The position numbers were made by a program, and so were the translations under genes. This document shows, piece after piece, positions 12,675 to 25,070 of a stretch of DNA of 64,000 nt. Location: NCBI RefSeq assembly GCF_006345805.1, contig NC_043002.1:34782001-34846000 (forward strand), given 5' to 3'. The notes under the pieces are model-generated. The model saw nothing but the letters and a program-made list of their open reading frames with translations, ran no database searches and was not told the DNA's origin. How positions within the stretch are numbered: the stretch's first letter is position 1; every line of letters begins with the position of its first letter. This DNA is from Octopus sinensis. Its lineage: Eukaryota.

Positions 12675-13260
12675 GAATCAGCTGTCTCCTTTCTGGTTTT
12701 GAGAAGCCTTATTTCTCAAGATTGGCATTTAGGCAATGTGTTACATATCCCAATGCCACAATAGTTACAGGTATAAACCTGAACTTGTAATCTGGACTGA
12801 GTAATTGCAGATTTTTCAATAGTTCAGTGTAGGCATTCTCTTTTTCTCTAATCTTCAGCTTTATGTTAACATCTGCTGGGCAGCTAATTTCCACAGCTGT
12901 AGTTTTTCTTCTCTATCCCAAATCCTTATATCAGGTTTACTATGTTTACATTTTATTCAGGTTCTCACTGGGACATTCCACCAGTACTCCTTTTTGTTGA
13001 GTGGCTATGGCTTCTACCATACTGAGGGTTCTTATTTCTTTGTCCTCAGGGTTATCCTTCTGACAAATTTCATTATATAGTATTCTAGCTATAACATCAT
13101 GTCTCATTGGTAGATAATACTGTGATGACATTTTTGGACAACTGCTTATGACGTGGCGGTGATATCTTTGGTGTCAGCTCCACAAAGTCTGCATTGGTTG
13201 TCACATTTTACTGCTTTTCCTACATCTCTGTCCCTTTTGTGCATCAGGTATTTGGTAATA
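12675..13260 (-). mobile_element. R4/Dong-type LINE fragment (CCHC plus RLE region), frameshifted
   Basis: QCRLCGADTKDI..HVISSCPKMSSQYYLPMRHDVIARILY...EISCPAD...KIREKEN.Y.EL...IPVTIVALG. Confidence 0.8.
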
Positions 13261-13269
13261 TTTTCTGTT

Positions 13270-13345
<76 letters not shown>

Positions 13346-13410
13346 GTAGATAGATAGATAGGTAGATAGATAGATAGATAGATAAATATCAATATATACA
13401 TACAAATATA

Positions 13411-13825
13411 TTACTTTTACTCTTTTACTCTTTTATTTGTTTCAGTCATTTGACTGCGGCCATGCTGGAGCACCGCCTTTTTAATCGAGCAACTCGACCC
13501 CGGGACTTATTCTTTTGTAAGCCCAGTACTTATTCTATCGGTCTCTTTTGCCGAACTGCTAAGTAACGGGGACATAAACACACCAGCATCGGTTGTCAAG
13601 CAATGCTAGTGGGATAAACACAGACATACAAACACACACACACATACATATACATATATACGACAGGCTTCCTTCAGCTTCCGTCTACCAAATCCACTCA
13701 CAAGGCATTGGTCGGCCCGGAGCTATAGCAGAAGACACTTGCCCAAGATGCCACACAGTGGGACTGAACCCGGAACCATATGTGATTGGTTAGCAAGCTA
13801 CTTACCACACAGCCACTCCTGCGCC
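13411..13825 (-). mobile_element. tRNA-derived SINE family A (central CA/TA microsatellite, AAAAGAGT-type tail)
   Basis: Head GGCGCAGGAGTGGCTGTGTGGTAAG...GGTTCAGTCCC. Further copies at about 8715-9115, 12073-12270, 16434-17015, 25080-25378 and 49924-50303 (all minus) and 30101-30495 (plus). Confidence 0.9.
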
Positions 13826-13898
13826 TATGTACATATATATACACAAATATATCACTAGGAGGACTTCTTACTATTGGTTTCCTGTACATGTGCATATA

Positions 13899-15173
13899 TT
13901 GCATCATCCAATAAATAATGCATTTTTTCAATTGCATAAAGTAAAAGTCAGAGGGGGATGGGATAAACTACCTGCATCAACTTGCTATATAAGCAAGTAG
14001 TAATTTTCGTTTGGCTTTATTCTTAGTGCAAGTTTTGAAGAGTGCTGTTCGATTTTAACCATTATTTTTTCAAAGCTAATAATAGAAGTTACAAAGGAGA
14101 ATATTCAGCATATTTTGCTTTATGAGTTCAACAAAAGCAACAACACAATGGCAAGTGTGAGGAATATTAATGCAGTATATGGGGATAGGACAATAAGTGT
14201 CAAGGGTGGTTCCAGAAATTCTGAGCCGGAGACTACAACCGAGAAGATGAGCCTTGTCTTGGAAGATCTGTAGAGCTCAATGAGGATGTCCTGCAAACCC
14301 TGGTGGAACAAAATCCCATTGTAACTGTTGAGGAAATAACAGAGAAGCTTGGATTTGGTCATTCAACCATTCATCAATATCTACGTGTCATTGGAAAAGT
14401 CAGCAAATTGGGTCAATGAGTTCCTCACAAACTTACCAACTCTAATCACATGCAGTGAGTGAATGTGTGCTCTTCTTTACCAGCACATCTCATGAATGAA
14501 CCTTTTTTGGACTGAATAGTCACTGGTAATGAGAAATGGGTTCTCTATAAAAATGTCAAGTACTGAAGACAGTGGGTAGAGAAAGGAGAAACATCAGAAA
14601 CCCAGGTTGAAGGTTTTCACCCACTTAAGGTGTTGTTATCTGTTTGGTGGGATATGAAAGGCTTAGTCCACTTTGAACTTTTAAATCCAAACCAAATGAT
14701 AACAAAGGAGATCTACTGTGAGCAGCTTGAGTGGCTTGAGTCAGTGCTAGAAGAAAAACGACCATCTTTGGTTTCAAGACAAAAGGTATTCTTCCATCAG
14801 GATAATGCTTGGCTACATACAATGAGAATGACATTCTAAGGGCTGGAGCAGTTTGAATAAGATATGATGCCCCACCCACCATATTCGCTGGACATTACCC
14901 CATTTGATCATCACTTATTTCACAGCCTTCAAAATCATTTGGACAGAAAAACTACGAATTCTGTAGACGAGGTCAGAACAGTACTGGAGGAGTATTTTTC
15001 ATCATGGACAAGTGAATTTTGGAAGAGAGGCCTTTCAAGTCTACCAGATAGATGAAAGAGCAATGTAGAAAATAAAGAAGAGTATCTTTAAGATTAAAAA
15101 AGAAATTTGTTTATCTTAATTTTGAAAAATAAAAGAAGTATAAAAAGACCACACTATTTATGGGATGACCCAA
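13899..15173 (+). mobile_element. Full-length but decayed mariner (DD34D-type), about 1.27 kb
   Basis: TIRs TTGCATCATCCAATAAATAAT / CTATTTATGGGATGACCCAA with TA flanks. LLSVWWDMKG, FFHQDNA, PHPPYSLDITPFDHHLF. Multiple stops. Confidence 0.9.
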
Positions 15174-17826
15174 TATGTACATGTGAGAATGAGTGTCCGT
15201 ATATGAATACATATGTGTGCATGTATATGCATGCACAGATGTGCGATAGTGTATGTATGTCAACTGAGGGGAAGTATCACAACCCATGTATATGGTTTTA
15301 ATAGTATTGAACCTTGTTTTTATTGGCATGCTTTAACGACAAAGTATTACTAACTGTGACCTCAGTTCTTCTATAAAGTGTTATGTATTTATTAAAATAA
15401 GACGATATTTAAATTATGTAAACCATTATGTCTCTCGGAATTTCATTTGTGTATGACACATAAAGCAAATCTAAGGAAGATAATTATGCAATTGATTATA
15501 AAAGAACACCTAAATTTTCATTTTTAAATCATTTGCTAAAATTATATCGGCTAATATTTGTTACAAATATTTAATTTAACACATATTTGGCAAAAGCAGT
15601 AAAAGGTTTAAAAGATGCATTTTTAAAAGATAATTCTATCTATAGAATATTTTTGAATTATGCTATTTTTTAATTTTACTTTAATTTAATTTTTTACAAA
15701 TAATAATCCTTCTTTTTAACAGCACTAGTTCAAATAGTTTGAAATGGATACTAGTCATACTGTCTCAACTTCAATACAGATGATAAAATTGAAAGAAAAT
15801 AGTAAAAATGTCATAAAGAAGTAAATTAAAACAATAATATTATACACACCATGTTTTGGATACTGTGTTGTCTTTGTTTTATGGTTGGACTAACATTTCA
15901 TTCATGATACATATACAGTGGTCTTTTGTATAGCTTAAATATATTGTTCTTGGTAACTCTGATATCCTTAATTGGTCATAGTAGTTTCTAAGATATGCCT
16001 ACACGAAGTGACACAGTAAGCGATTGTATATATCTAAGCTGGGGATTACTGACTCTTGTGAGGTCACAACATTTCAAAATAACAATAGTTAAAACTACAT
16101 AAACTCATTTAATGCAAATATAACAAGCAGTAATTAAGAAACATATTCTCAGAAATCACAATTCTATCTTTATTGTAAAAATCAGTTCATATGTCATTTG
16201 TCCAAATCTACTGCAGGTGTCTCATAATGTTACTGGACAGTATCCTTAATTCTACATGCCCTCTGCACCTAGCTATGACAAATATAAGCAGATGGTGCCC
16301 CAGACTAATTTCTTCAATCATGTACAATATGATATATTTACTTAATGATTCTCTCATCAATTATTTAGTGAGTACAAAATGTCTAGCTTTGCTGATGAAG
16401 TTTGATAAAACTAAAGTTGGAGTTGTCTTTCATACTTACTCTTTTACTTGCTTCAGTCATTTGACTGGCCATGCTGGAGCACCACTTTTAGTCGAGCAAA
16501 TCAACCCCAGGACTTATTCTTTGTAAGCCTAGTACTTATTCTATTGGTTTCTTTTGCCAAACTGCTAAGTTATGGGGACATAAACACACCAGCATCGGTT
16601 GTCAAGCGATGTTGGGGGGGACAAATGCAGACACACAAACACATACACACACACACATACACATACATATATATAATGCAAAGAAGAATGCAGTGTACAT
16701 TCAAACACAAAAGAGATACCCAAAGAATAAGATATCTGACTCGCTAGAGGGAGCAGTTAAAACTCCAAGCCACCAATTGTTGTAATTCCGAAAGTGATTG
16801 GAAAATAAAAACTTTTACCGTAAACCTATATATATATATACATATATATATACGACGGGCTTCTTTCAGTTTCCATCAACCAAATCCACTCACAAAACTT
16901 TGGTCGGCCCGAGGCTATAGTAGAAAACACTTGCCCAAAGTGCCACGCAGTTGGACTGAACCCAGAACCATGTGGTTCGTAAACAAGCTACTTACCACAT
17001 AGCCACTCCTACGCCTACTTGTAGAAATTATTAAAATATTAATCACTGAGCTGATGTTGTCTCTAATATCTAATTACCACATAATTATTTCTAATCCAAT
17101 ATTTAGATAATATACAGGGGTAGGTATGGCTGTTTGTTACTGAGTTCACTTTGCAAGCACATAGTTTTGGAGTTCAGTTCCACTGTATGGCAGTTTGGGC
17201 TAACATGTTTTACTATAATACTTGGGCTGACCAATGTCTTGTAAATGTAAATGGTAGATGGAAACTGTGCAGAAGACTGTCATACATTTATACATATATA
17301 CATACATGCATATGTATCTATATATATATGTGCATATGTGTATAAATGCATGCATGTATACACACACACACACACACATACACACACTACACACACACAT
17401 ACACACACTACACACACACACTTGCACATGCACACACACACATACACACAGATTTTACTGGCAGCCCAGGTACTTTCAGTGACTTGTTCAATAATGATAC
17501 TTCTATCAGCCAGACTAGCAGCCAAGTTCACCTGGGAAATTCCTTGAATTCATCTGCCTGCCTTTTAACAAACAGCCCATCTGGCAAGTTTTTTTTTCAA
17601 AACTAAGACTTTCCATAAATGATGTAGTTTGTTATTACCAGAAAGCCTACTTTCTTCTTCACACTGTACAGATTCTAAACAGACACACAAATAAATATAT
17701 AAATACATGCACACATATAGAAATCATTAACAAACATGTAGAATGCTGTGTGCTTATTCATCTCAGTGAATTTCATTCTTTGGAAATTTTTATAACATTC
17801 ATTATTTCCTGTGCTTATTATTTCAG

Positions 17827-17861
17827 ATTCTTGATACTGAAATTGAAACCTTATCTCGTAG
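17827..17861 (+). CDS. Candidate small exon (ILDTEIETLSR in phase 0)
   Basis: Acceptor ttcctgtgcttattatttcag, donor TAG|GTAAAT, 35 nt of unique sequence. Confidence 0.25.
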
Positions 17862-18692
17862 GTAAATACTCATTAAAGTTAAAACAATTACGTGCCAAGC
17901 ACTACTCATTCATGTAATGATACAAAGTTGACAGTGAAATATTAATTAATACTGTACCAATACAGTAAAGGTTATATATATATATATATATATATATACA
18001 GTGTCACATGTATAATCTCACTGTGAAGTTATGTTCCTTGGCTGGATCACAGGGTTTTTTTCTTTTGATAGCTTGGAATGGGGATTAAATATTAAAAAAT
18101 TCCTTAAGCCTATTTCCTGATATAAATGAGTTACACCTGATGCATTCTTGTAACCTTTTAATAGACCTTTGTTAAGAATGAATCACAGCTTGAAAGGAAG
18201 ATGTAAATAAATTATTTTGTGCTGTTATGATAATGAAACTAGTTGCTTTGGTTCTCGGTTCAAGTGGAAAAATATAAACTATGGAGTTTAACCAAAGGCT
18301 TAATATATAGACGTCCTGGTCATTCTAGATTGTATCCTGAAAAAGGTCACTTGACTGATTAATATAAAGTCCTTCACTGACTTGCTCCAGCCTCTGGTTG
18401 ATGCTTCTCTCTCTATCTTTACTATCTTTACTATTATTTCTTCTGCTCCTTGGAATTAGCAGCCATGCCAGGGGCATGTAGAAAGCATCCAGCATACTCT
18501 GTAAAGTGGCTGGCATTAGAAGGGCACCCAGCTGTAGAAACCTTGTGACAACTGGACATCTCTCTGGCTGGCCAGCTTCTGTCAAACCGTCCAACTCATG
18601 CTAGCATGGAAAACAAATACTAAATGATGCTGATGAAAATTACAAACATACACACGCATACATATGCATGTATGCGTGTATGTATGTATGTA

Positions 18693-19250
18693 CATCATCA
18701 TCATCATTTAACGTCCGCTTTCCATGCTAGCATGGGTTGGACGATTTGACTGAGGTCTGGAGAACCAGATTCCAATCTAATCTGGCAGAGTTTCTACAGC
18801 TGGATACCCTTCCTAATGCCAACCACTCAGAGAGTGTAGTGGGTGCTTTTATGTGCCACTGGCATGAGAGCCAGTTTGGTGGTACTGGCAATGGCCACGC
18901 CCAAATGGTGCTTTTTACATGCCACCTGCACAGGAGCCAATCCAGTGGCACTGGCGATGACCTCACTTGAATGTTTCACATGCCACCAGCACAGGTGCTA
19001 GTAAGGCGATGCGGTAATGATCACGCTCAAATGGTGTGCTTAAACAGGCCAGCTTGTTGCTCTGGCAACAATCTCACTGGTATGGTACTCTTAGCACTCC
19101 ACTAGCGAAAGATGCCAGTCACCGAGTTTGATTTTGACTTCGATTTCACTTACCTCAACTGGTCTTCGCAAGCAGAGTTTAGTGTCCAGTGAAGAAGAGG
19201 CACGCATAAGTGGACTGGTTACACCCCTAGCATAGACCACAAGGTTATAG
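18693..19250 (-). mobile_element. RTE LINE 3' UTR fragment
   Basis: (CAT)n tail, TTTAACGTCCGCTTTCCATGCTAGCATGGGTTGGACGG, and the CTTCGCAAGCAGAGTTTAGTGTCC UTR motif shared with the other RTE copies. Confidence 0.8.
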
Positions 19251-20702
19251 TCACAAGGTTATGGTACGTATGTATGTATGTATATATGTATGCATGCATG
19301 TATGTATGTATGTATGTGTGTGTAAGTATGTATATGTATGTCTTGTGCGTATGTGTCTCATCTCATAGTCACACACATCTATAGAATGTAGAATGTGTAG
19401 GACTTGGAGTATGTGAATATCTATTTTGCTTTATATTGACGTCTCAGGTACTATTGAAAATTATTGCTTAATACTCCATGTCCATGCTAAGATGGGTTGA
19501 TTCACCACCACCACTGTCATCCTCATCATCATCATCATCATCATTTCTGTTTTATGTCTGTTTTCCATGCCAGCATGAATTGCACTGGTCATCCCAGTCT
19601 GAACTAGTTCTTTTTTTTTTAGAGTTACTACCCTACTAGATGTCTCAGAAGACCATGTTGTGCTCCAATATCTCAATATTCACATGATTTCTATGGCTGG
19701 ATGCCCTTCCTAAAATGAACCACAGTGTATACTGGGTACAGTTTACTGAGGCACCAGTCCTTGAGATGATGTCATGTCCTTTACAAAACTAGAGTTACCC
19801 ACTTTTTTCCAGTGTCTACAGAGTGCATTTTATCATGGTACGATTATTAGTGAGTTTGTTTTGTAACTCACATGACTATAGAGATATTTCTACTGTGAAA
19901 AGCACAATATAAAATGGATAATTACATAAACTAAGCATAAGGTGTGGAGTAGACGGAAGTGAAAGTATAGAGGTGGAACAAACAGGTTGCTGTTCAGTGG
20001 GTGATATGCATGTGTGAATGTGTGTGGGTGTGGATGTAGGTGCGGGTGTGGGTGTGGAGGTATGGGGCGGAGGTATTTGTGGTGTGAGTGGGGTGCAAAT
20101 GTGTGTGTGTGAGTGTGTCATAGTTTGTCCATGATTGCTCCACACAGTCATTCTGTCTGCTAGAAATAGCAACTCAGTTTCTCCAAATCACTCCCTACCA
20201 TCTTAGAAAACAATATACTGGGTAATGTAGTCCAGGGTTTCATATGAAAAAAATGTGAAATGGTCATGGAAGGAATATTTCTGGCCATTGGACTGCATTA
20301 TGAGGGCTAACAAGAATTAAATAATAAAATCAGCAACATAAACATGCTATTAGATGCTCGCACACACACACACACGTATGTACATACACACACGTATGTA
20401 CATAGACACACATATGCGCACCCTCTTACACACACACACATATGTACCCCCCATGCACACACGTGTGCCCCTCCCTCACATACACACACACTGGCACTCT
20501 GTCAGTTATGACAATGAGGGTTCCATCTCATCCGATCAATGGAACAGCCTGCTCATGAAATTAATGTGCAAGTGGCTAAGCACTCCACAGACACACAGAC
20601 ACTTAATGTAGTTCTGAAGTAGATTCAGTGTGACACCCTTTGAATTACAGGTACTGCTCATTTTTGCCAGCTGAGTGGACTGGAGCAATGTCAAATTAAG
20701 TA

Positions 20703-21968
20703 TTAGGTTGTCAAGAAAGTTCTTGTGGTTTTTAACCTTTAAATTCAGATGCACATATCTCAGCTCAAACAAAACTTTATTAATCGGAATAAATACCATC
20801 AGAATCAACACACTTTTGCCAATGTGAAACAAGTTTATTTATCCCAGTAGCATAAAAATCTGCGTTTTGGTGGCGATGAAGTCGTTGAAGGCGTGTTTGG
20901 CATCGTCTTGGTTTTTGAAGCATTTCTCACGCAGGAAGTTGTTGAGATGCTTGAAAAAGTGGTAGTTGGTAGGTGAGAGGTTTGGTGAGTATAGCGGATG
21001 AGGCAGAGTTTCATTGCCCAATTTGTTCAACTTCTGCAGGGTCAGTTGTGTGACGTGCAGCCGAGCGTTGTCGTGGAGAAGAATTAGTCCTTTTTTATTG
21101 ACCAATGCTGGCTGTTGTCGGAGTTTCTTATATATTTCATCCATTTGTTGACAGTACTTCTCCACCATAATGGTTTTGCTGTGACAGATGAGACTGGCTG
21201 CAGACCACCAAAGAGTCACCATGACCTTATTTTGTTGCAACTTTGGCTTCAGGAAGTGCTGTGGAGCTTCATCGGCATCCAACCATTGAGCTGAGTATCG
21301 CCGGTTGTTGTAAAGAACTCACTTTTCATTGCAAGTCACAATCCGGTTGAGAAACGGGTCATTTTTGTTGTGTAAAAGAAGGGAAGCTGACACTTCAAAA
21401 TGGCGGTTTTTTTTTGGTTATCATTCAGTTCGTGCGGGACTCATCTCTCAAGTATTTTTGTTTTTCTAATCTCTTTCAAGTGGTTGGAAATTGTCGTATA
21501 CATTATGTCTAATTCAGAAGCAAGCTCTCAAACAGTTGTGCATGGATTGGCTTCCACTAAGGCTCTTAGTTGATTGCTGTCAACATCCGATGGTCAACCA
21601 CTATGCTTATCATGTTCAAGACTCTCGTCACCACTACAAAATTTCTTCAACCACCATTGTGCTGTAAGTTCAATAGTGGTTCCTGGGCCAAACACATTGT
21701 TGATATCGCGAGCTGTTTCATCAGCTTTTCAGCCTAGCTTGAATTAGAAAACTGGAATTAGAAAATTGTGCAAATTTGCTTTTTGTCCATGTTGTATTCA
21801 ACATTCCAGAAAAAATGGCCTAATTATTCAAAAAGAAAAAGAGTAACATGATTAGATAGAACGGAAAACGGGCTTTAAAATATATAAAGTCAAAGTAATT
21901 TAATGAAAATTAATTTGAAAATGCATCATTTAAAACCAAAATTTAAAATTCCTTTCTTGACAACTTAA
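20703..21968 (-). mobile_element. Full-length but decayed mariner (DD34D-type), about 1.27 kb, inserted in a SINE
   Basis: TIRs TTAGGTTGTCAAGAAAG / CTTTCTTGACAACTTAA, TA TSD. VMVTLWWS, LLHDNAR, HPLYSPNLSPTNYHFF. Confidence 0.92.
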
Positions 21969-22974
21969 TATCATGCTCAAAGACACAATGCACCACCAGG
22001 AATCGAACTCACGACTTCACAATCATGAGCTGAATACCCTAACCACTAAGCCACGTGCCTTCATACACACATGCACACACACACACATGTATGAGATACT
22101 ATATTTCCTGCTGAAATCGGAGAAGGTGAGCAACTACAGTAATATTTCACCCACATAAAACCACCACCTCCCTACCTTACCTGACAATATCTTAGAGTGA
22201 AGTTATTTAGCATATCTACCTGTGGCTATAATGTCAGTATATATACTAACATAAACACTAACATCTGTAGTTTTGGCAATATTATTCTCTATCTCTCTCT
22301 TTTTCCCCTCTTCCCCTCTCTATCTATCTATTTATCTATCTCTCTGAAACATTGGCCAAAATAAACACAACTATTTCAGAACCCCTAGTTGTGTAGGAGG
22401 GAAAATATGTAAGGAAGCAATAACAGAGAGAAGGTTTCAAACCCATGTGTTGACCTACTTTTAATCACAACTGATATGTTGTGTAATCATTTGGAAAAAC
22501 TGAGGCAGCACTCCATAATACAGGTTGGCTTGCAATGCTGACTTGTATTGAAAAAAGTAAATTATTATGATTATTATTATTATTATTATTATCTCTATCA
22601 TTCCCACTCTCTTTTAAAAAATTTTTTTACCTTTGTATGTTATGCATATATCCCTTCTTTTCCAGTGTATACCATGTATGATTTATTCTTTTATTTTAAT
22701 TTTAATTTATTATTTTTCTATCATTTCATTATTATATGTAAATCCCCACACTTTATGTCTATCTCTGTATTGCCCCCCTCATCCTTTGCCCTTGTAGAAA
22801 ATAAACGAAACCATTACTATTGCAGTGAGGTGGCAGATTCATTAGTGCATTGGACAAAATACTTGGAATCATTTCTTCCAGCTCTTTATATTCTGGGGCT
22901 GATATAAACGACTAGTCCCTTACCACAAAATTTCAGGCCTTGTGCTATAGTAGAAAGGATTATTATCTCACTTC

Positions 22975-23470
22975 CTGTCTCAGCTGTGTGCTGCACCTTT
23001 CAGCCAGGGATGTGGAATCCCATAAAATTCCAACAACAGCTGAAGATATATGGAATGTGATGAGTAGCTGTACAAGGAAGTTGTCAGGGCTGGATGGTCT
23101 GCCCTTCAAGCTTTATTTTAATATGTCAAACAGTATTTTTGTTGAAAGGTGGATGAATGTAGCGAGGATGACCCTTGTGAATGGGAACACTCTGAACATA
23201 TGCTTGTAAACTGGAGTAAGGTACCTACCTAAGGCACCCTTGGAAGTTGGGGTAACTAGGATGTGTGGGGTTCCTTGGTTGGCTCTGAGAGGAACTCCCC
23301 ACCTTTTGGAGAATTTTATTGTTAAGATTTTGTTGTTAATTGTTATTGTTTTATTTTATTTTACATACGAATATTTATCTAAGCCCCACTTGTCCCTTTT
23401 GTTGTAGTGTCCCTTGTGTTGTATTATCCGTTTTTGTTTTGGTTCAACCCTTGTGGCCAATAAAGAAAAG
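22975..23470 (+). mobile_element. L1/Tx1-like LINE remnant (pre-RT motif joined to 3' end)
   Basis: IPTTAEDIWNVMSSCTRKLSGLDGLPFKLY resembles PIT..EI..A....KSPGLDGLP.EFY. T-rich UTR ending CAATAAAGAAAAG. Confidence 0.5.
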
Positions 23471-23499
23471 ACTATTATTGTTATCATTATCATCATCAT

Positions 23500-24135
23500 A
23501 ATCATCATTATGTCTTTGCACAGCTTCTAACACTGGAGATGTACTATGGTGTCAGCTGTTCACTACCAGTGAACTAAGGTAACATCCCATATTTTTCAAG
23601 CACCATCCAGAGTATTCAAGCAGTTCCAAGCAGTGCTGTTTTCTGCAAGTGCTCCACCCTTATTGTAGCTCCTATTTGTTCCATGTGCTTCTTAAGATTT
23701 TTGCTCACTGTTCCCAGGGCTCTGACAATCATTGCTACTGCCACCACCTTTTCAGTGACCACAACTGCTTAACCTCCTAAGCTAACCTGTTATATCTATT
23801 GATTTTTCTTTCTTCCTTATCACATAACTTGTTGTAAGCTGGGCATGCTATATCTATGATCCAGCATTGTTTGCTTTCTTTCTCAATTAAGATTATGTCT
23901 GGTTTCCTATTTTCTATCTCAAGGTTGCACTGAATCATAAAATCCCACAGGATCTTTGCATTATCATTTTTGATGATGCCTTTAGGTTTTATGTTCATAC
24001 CACCTTTTTTGCTCTGTCAAGTCCATACTTGTTACAAAGTGTCTAATGGACAATCCTTGCTATATTGTCATGTTGTCTCTTATGTTCTTTCTGGGCTAGA
24101 GGCATACATTGACTGATAATATGCCATATGGTTTT
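23500..24135 (-). mobile_element. R4/Dong-type LINE 3' fragment: zinc knuckle remnant plus restriction-like endonuclease
   Basis: IWHIISQC...QHDNIARIVH...KILWDFMIQC...RKPDIILIEK...CWIIDIACP...LQKTALLGTA. The 3' end joins a TAA/TGA-type tail. Confidence 0.85.
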
Positions 24136-24189
24136 GTAAGAAGAAGAAGACAACGGTGCCGCCGCCGCTGCCACCAATGAAGAAGAATA

Positions 24190-24745
24190 ATGCCCTGATG
24201 CAGTACCAGGCAGTGGCTCTCATGGCTTCTGATCTTAACTGATTGGAAGTGTTATCATGTACATTGTTTTGTCTTGGTATAAAAGATGGGCTACAGCAAA
24301 TATTCTGCTCAATACCACAGATTTGCTTGTCAGTTGTTTGACTTTAACCAGTTGAGGATGTCCCTTAGTGGCTGACAATATGTGCATCTCTGATCACGAG
24401 CAGAAGTATTTGGGGAGCATCATAGCCATGTGTTGAGAGGGATTCTTTGGGGTTTGAATAATTCACCTCTGGAAACATGGGTGGTTCTTTCAACATCCTT
24501 AAACAACCCTTATTCAGGGACCTTTTGAGCGGGTTGGGCTACTCGACCAGAAGAAAATTCTAACTGGGCCCCACCTGCAAGGTCATCTGCTGTTTATCTT
24601 GATATGAGATCACCATGTCACGCACATATGGTTGTGATGAATGTGACTGGTGTACCCTTATCAGACGGGTAGTCATGATGGGTATATTGGGCTTCGTATA
24701 TTTTACCCCAGTGTCACTTTGATGGCATGTACTGTTCTCTCACTC

Positions 24746-24746
<1 letters not shown>
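24190..24746 (+). mobile_element. About 560-bp non-coding interspersed element with (AAT)n tail
   Basis: GC-richer block with a sharp start after AATAAT and a sharp end into (AAT)n at 24747-24815. No ORF. Recognised from memory as a high-copy octopus repeat, not verified. Confidence 0.5.
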
Positions 24747-24814
<68 letters not shown>

Positions 24815-24840
24815 TATTATTATTATTATTACTATTTTTA

Positions 24841-25070
24841 CTAGCTGGACCCATGAAAACTTCACGGGAAACATAAAAATGTAAGCATCTGCAAATTGAG
24901 TTCTGGTACCATGAGAAACGTTCTATATTGTGACACTAACAAAATATAGAAACAAGTGTAAAACCAATGACTATAAACCAACCAAAATACTTCAGTTATG
25001 CAAACGTAAACAAAATTACTATTTAGCCTTAAAATACATCGTGCATATTCAGAGACAGTGGTATAGAACT
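24841..25070 (-). mobile_element. Non-autonomous Helitron 3' end
   Basis: Reverse strand CCCGTG-AAGTTTT-CATGGG hairpin followed by TCCAGCTAG|T. The left boundary is precise, the right boundary is uncertain. Confidence 0.6.

Noticed and set aside
15960-16255. Two U12-type 5' splice-site matches (ATATCCTT, GTATCCTT)
   Set aside because: Several such 8-mers are expected by chance in 64 kb of AT-rich DNA (others at about 1408 and 2330). No matching branch site or exon chain was found.
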